A stretch of 64,000 nucleotides of DNA, taken from positions 1,343,160 to 1,407,159 of the forward strand of contig NMRA01000025.1 in the NCBI GenBank assembly GCA_002633005.1, read 5' to 3'. The position numbers and the translations under genes are program-made. The notes under the pieces were generated by a model. The model did not search any database. It was not told the DNA's origin and saw only the letters and a program-made list of their open reading frames with translations. Each line of letters starts with the position of its first letter. The stretch's first letter is position 1. Shown piece after piece: positions 61,541 to 64,000 of this stretch. Origin of the DNA: Phoronis australis (lineage: Eukaryota; Animalia; Phoronida).

Positions 61541-64000
61541 AGTGGCATGGACCGCGAAAACTCGTGAAAAATACGTTTTAAACGATCCCTAACCAAAGTA
61601 CCTTCCTTCAACCTTTACTAAAAACTTATTCAGTTCCCCCTGAGAAGGAATTTCCAGAAAAAATGACCCAATTCATGGTTTTTGAAAGAAGTACGAAGAA
61701 AAGCTTGTATGGTAACCACCTATACCTGCCTATCTTCCTTTCACTTATTATAAATGCGCGCATGCGCACAGTCATTCGACAAACGAACAGCTGATTCAGT
61801 GTCAAGAGTGTTGTCGGAGTGAATACTTTGCCACCCATTGCTTTATACCTCGTGCCGTGTATTTTGTGCCTACCTCTACGATTCTTCATGATTGGACCAT
61901 TACTTGAGATTTGATCATGCTGATCTGCAGTGGACTATTATTCATTTACATGTACACTATGTGTCAGAGAACGGTGTTGCGCTAATAATCACTGACGCAG
62001 TTTTGCAAGACAATACGAGACAATATGTCGGTCAGTGGAAAGCTGGGCAAGAAAATGGGGCGTTCGTCTAAGCTAACCGACTCAGTTAGAAAGAAAAAAA
62101 GGCAAGTCTTGCAGATGAAAGTTAATAAACGACGCATTTATCTGGGTACGGAGCACTGCCGCTGGGAATCTCTAACAGAAGTGAGCTATCCGTCACTAAT
62201 TCCGAGCTGGCCAAACGATAGCTTTGTCATGCGTACGGTAAGTACTTGTTCGGTCCTGCATACTTCGGTAGTTACCGGGACATTGCACGGCCCCAGCTTA
62301 TTAAAATCACCTCGATCTAATAAAGTAATGGTCCGAGAACTCACTGAGAAAGTGAAGAGTGTGAAAGTTAAACTGTCAGACATAAAATTCACCGAGTTGC
62401 ATTGTCTGTTGACATTTAGCTAAGCGGCTAAGCCTATACTTGTGGCTAAACCTATGACCTACTTATATTGACGACTTGTTGTTTGCAGTTGATAATTCTT
62501 GAAACACTAAGAGAAATTGCAAAGCATTATTACTTTGAGATAGTACCACCGTCTCAACTGACTGTAGTAGAGATGGCAGTTGTCCAATAGGCCCTCCACC
62601 AGTTGGAAGTTTTTTGGCGAATTGTGCCACATTGATTAAACCATCGAAGTCCTGTTGCTGCAACGAACTTTTGCAGATAAGAGGATACCTTAGGGGAATG
62701 GTAATGTCTTAAACTCTTCCCAGCTCGGTCAAATACGAACGAGCATTAGGAGTCGATTTTCTGTCCTTCGTTACGGTAACAAAATCATGGACTGACCATA
62801 AAATTTCGGGAAACTGGCCCAATTCTGTATTGATTGAATCGTTGCTGTAGTGTTTTGAAATCACATTGAGATCGACCTCCATGACGGATTAAATCAATCA
62901 TTAAAGCACTACACTGGTGATCACCAGAGTGTGCTAGTGCTTGAAACTTGGCCGCAAGGATTGTGCCACTCATACCTGTGCAAAATGATATTGTAGATGA
63001 ACAAAGAAACGAATCAGATAGAAATCTTGATTACCAAAGTATTTATTCAAGTTGGAAGGAATTAAAGACATCGACAGCCTCCTAAGGTGACCATGTCTAT
63101 GTTATAAAGGTACTTAAGGCAGCATGACTTTGATGGTTTAGTTTGTGCAAGGTACGAGTTGCCAAAAGGCTTCTTGCTGCCCCTGGAACCCCCTGTGCTA
63201 CCAGTTATGGCCCAATTCAGACAGCAATTCTGTTTTAGTGGCAAGCTGTGCATTTTGCCAGATTGAGTACTTGCAAAGTAGGAACAAAGTCATGTCTCAT
63301 GGATTTGTAGCCTTGTTATCTTGTTGTACCTTATTTGCAGACCTATGTGTATTGACATTAAGTGGTATTATAATCAGAGATCAAGAGGCCTACCTTCTTC
63401 AAAGATATTATGCGAGATTTGGAAGAAAATCCACTGCTAAAACCCCATTAATCAAAATTTCGCTGCCCTACAAAGGTTAACAAAGTAAAAGGCTAAGCAC
63501 AAATGTTCGTTGATCAATTTTCAAAATTCAAAAATACATTAACTGAGGATAATTTTTGGTAACAAATTCCAATTCGCAACAAGAAATTTAGTAATGAATT
63601 GCACTCGCATTTTTTGTGATGGTTATTCATTTAGTTTGGTTGTTATTATGGCGGCGAATTGTACCACCTGTATGCTTGGACATCTGTACCTGTAGTTAAT
63701 AACTAGGTTATTGTAATTTCATTTTTGCACTGTAGGTATGAAGTGGCACAAAGTGAAAGATTTTCAACAATGTCTAGACAAGTGTCCACAGAGTCAGAAC
63801 CTAAAGCCGTATCAGCAACACCTGCAACTCCCCAGTTTGTTCAAAGGTATTCTAGAAATTATTTTTTCAGTGAAAGCATATTGTCTACATCTTCACCTAC
63901 TAGTATTTGTGTCTACGACGAGGGTTACTAATTTATATCAAATCATTCCAGCTTGCCATTGTTAGAAATATTACTGAGCTTGCACTCATTAAGCCTTGGG
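61541..64000 (+). mobile_element. Left part of a Kolobok-like transposon with a decayed spliced ORF
   Basis: TTAA(61537-61540)|AGTGGCATGGACC terminus; ATG 62025 ORF ...RKKKRQ...NKRRIYLGTEHCRWESL, frameshift to SVTNSELAKR, donor gtaagt at 62238; candidate next exon 63736-63846 (YEVAQSERF...SATPATP). Right end outside the window. Confidence 0.45.
62567..63175. mobile_element. Old diverged relative of the 56.2-58.0 kb long-TIR family (inverted arms 62567-62740 and 63038-63175)
   Basis: Shared blocks ggaag.tttt.ggcgaatt.tgcc, taaaccatc.aagtc, agagga.accttagg; the right arm has gttggaaggaattaaa.acatcgaca.cctcctaaggtg. Confidence 0.7.

Overview
AT-rich eukaryotic (invertebrate-animal-like) genomic DNA with GT-AG introns and draft-assembly Ns (6677, 11277, 26127-26140, 42477, 61299); no prokaryotic operons or CRISPR. 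Two convergent spliced genes can be rebuilt by hand: a KCTD1/KCTD15 BTB/POZ gene on + (exons 19912-20145 and 35576-36194, plus a candidate upstream coding exon 10368-10519) and NSRP1/CCDC55 on - (7 exons, 58225 to 46436, 410 aa). The rest is dense in non-autonomous DNA transposons (Kolobok-like, Academ-like, ISL2EU-like, hAT, Tc1/pogo, Harbinger-type), SINE/LINE relics, minisatellites and a 1.6-kb tandem duplication that is probably a haplotype assembly artefact. Most noteworthy: a self-nested and apparently inverted long-TIR element with a 9-bp TSD in NSRP1 intron 1 whose TIR shows codon-like similarity to a diverged relative at 62.6-63.2 kb; two apparent P-element excision footprints; AP-2-type GCCNNNGGC sites across the KCTD15 locus; and a decayed Kolobok-like gene at the right edge. 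I found no wholly novel protein-coding system; superfamily assignments rest on termini/TSD and remembered motifs, not on database searches.
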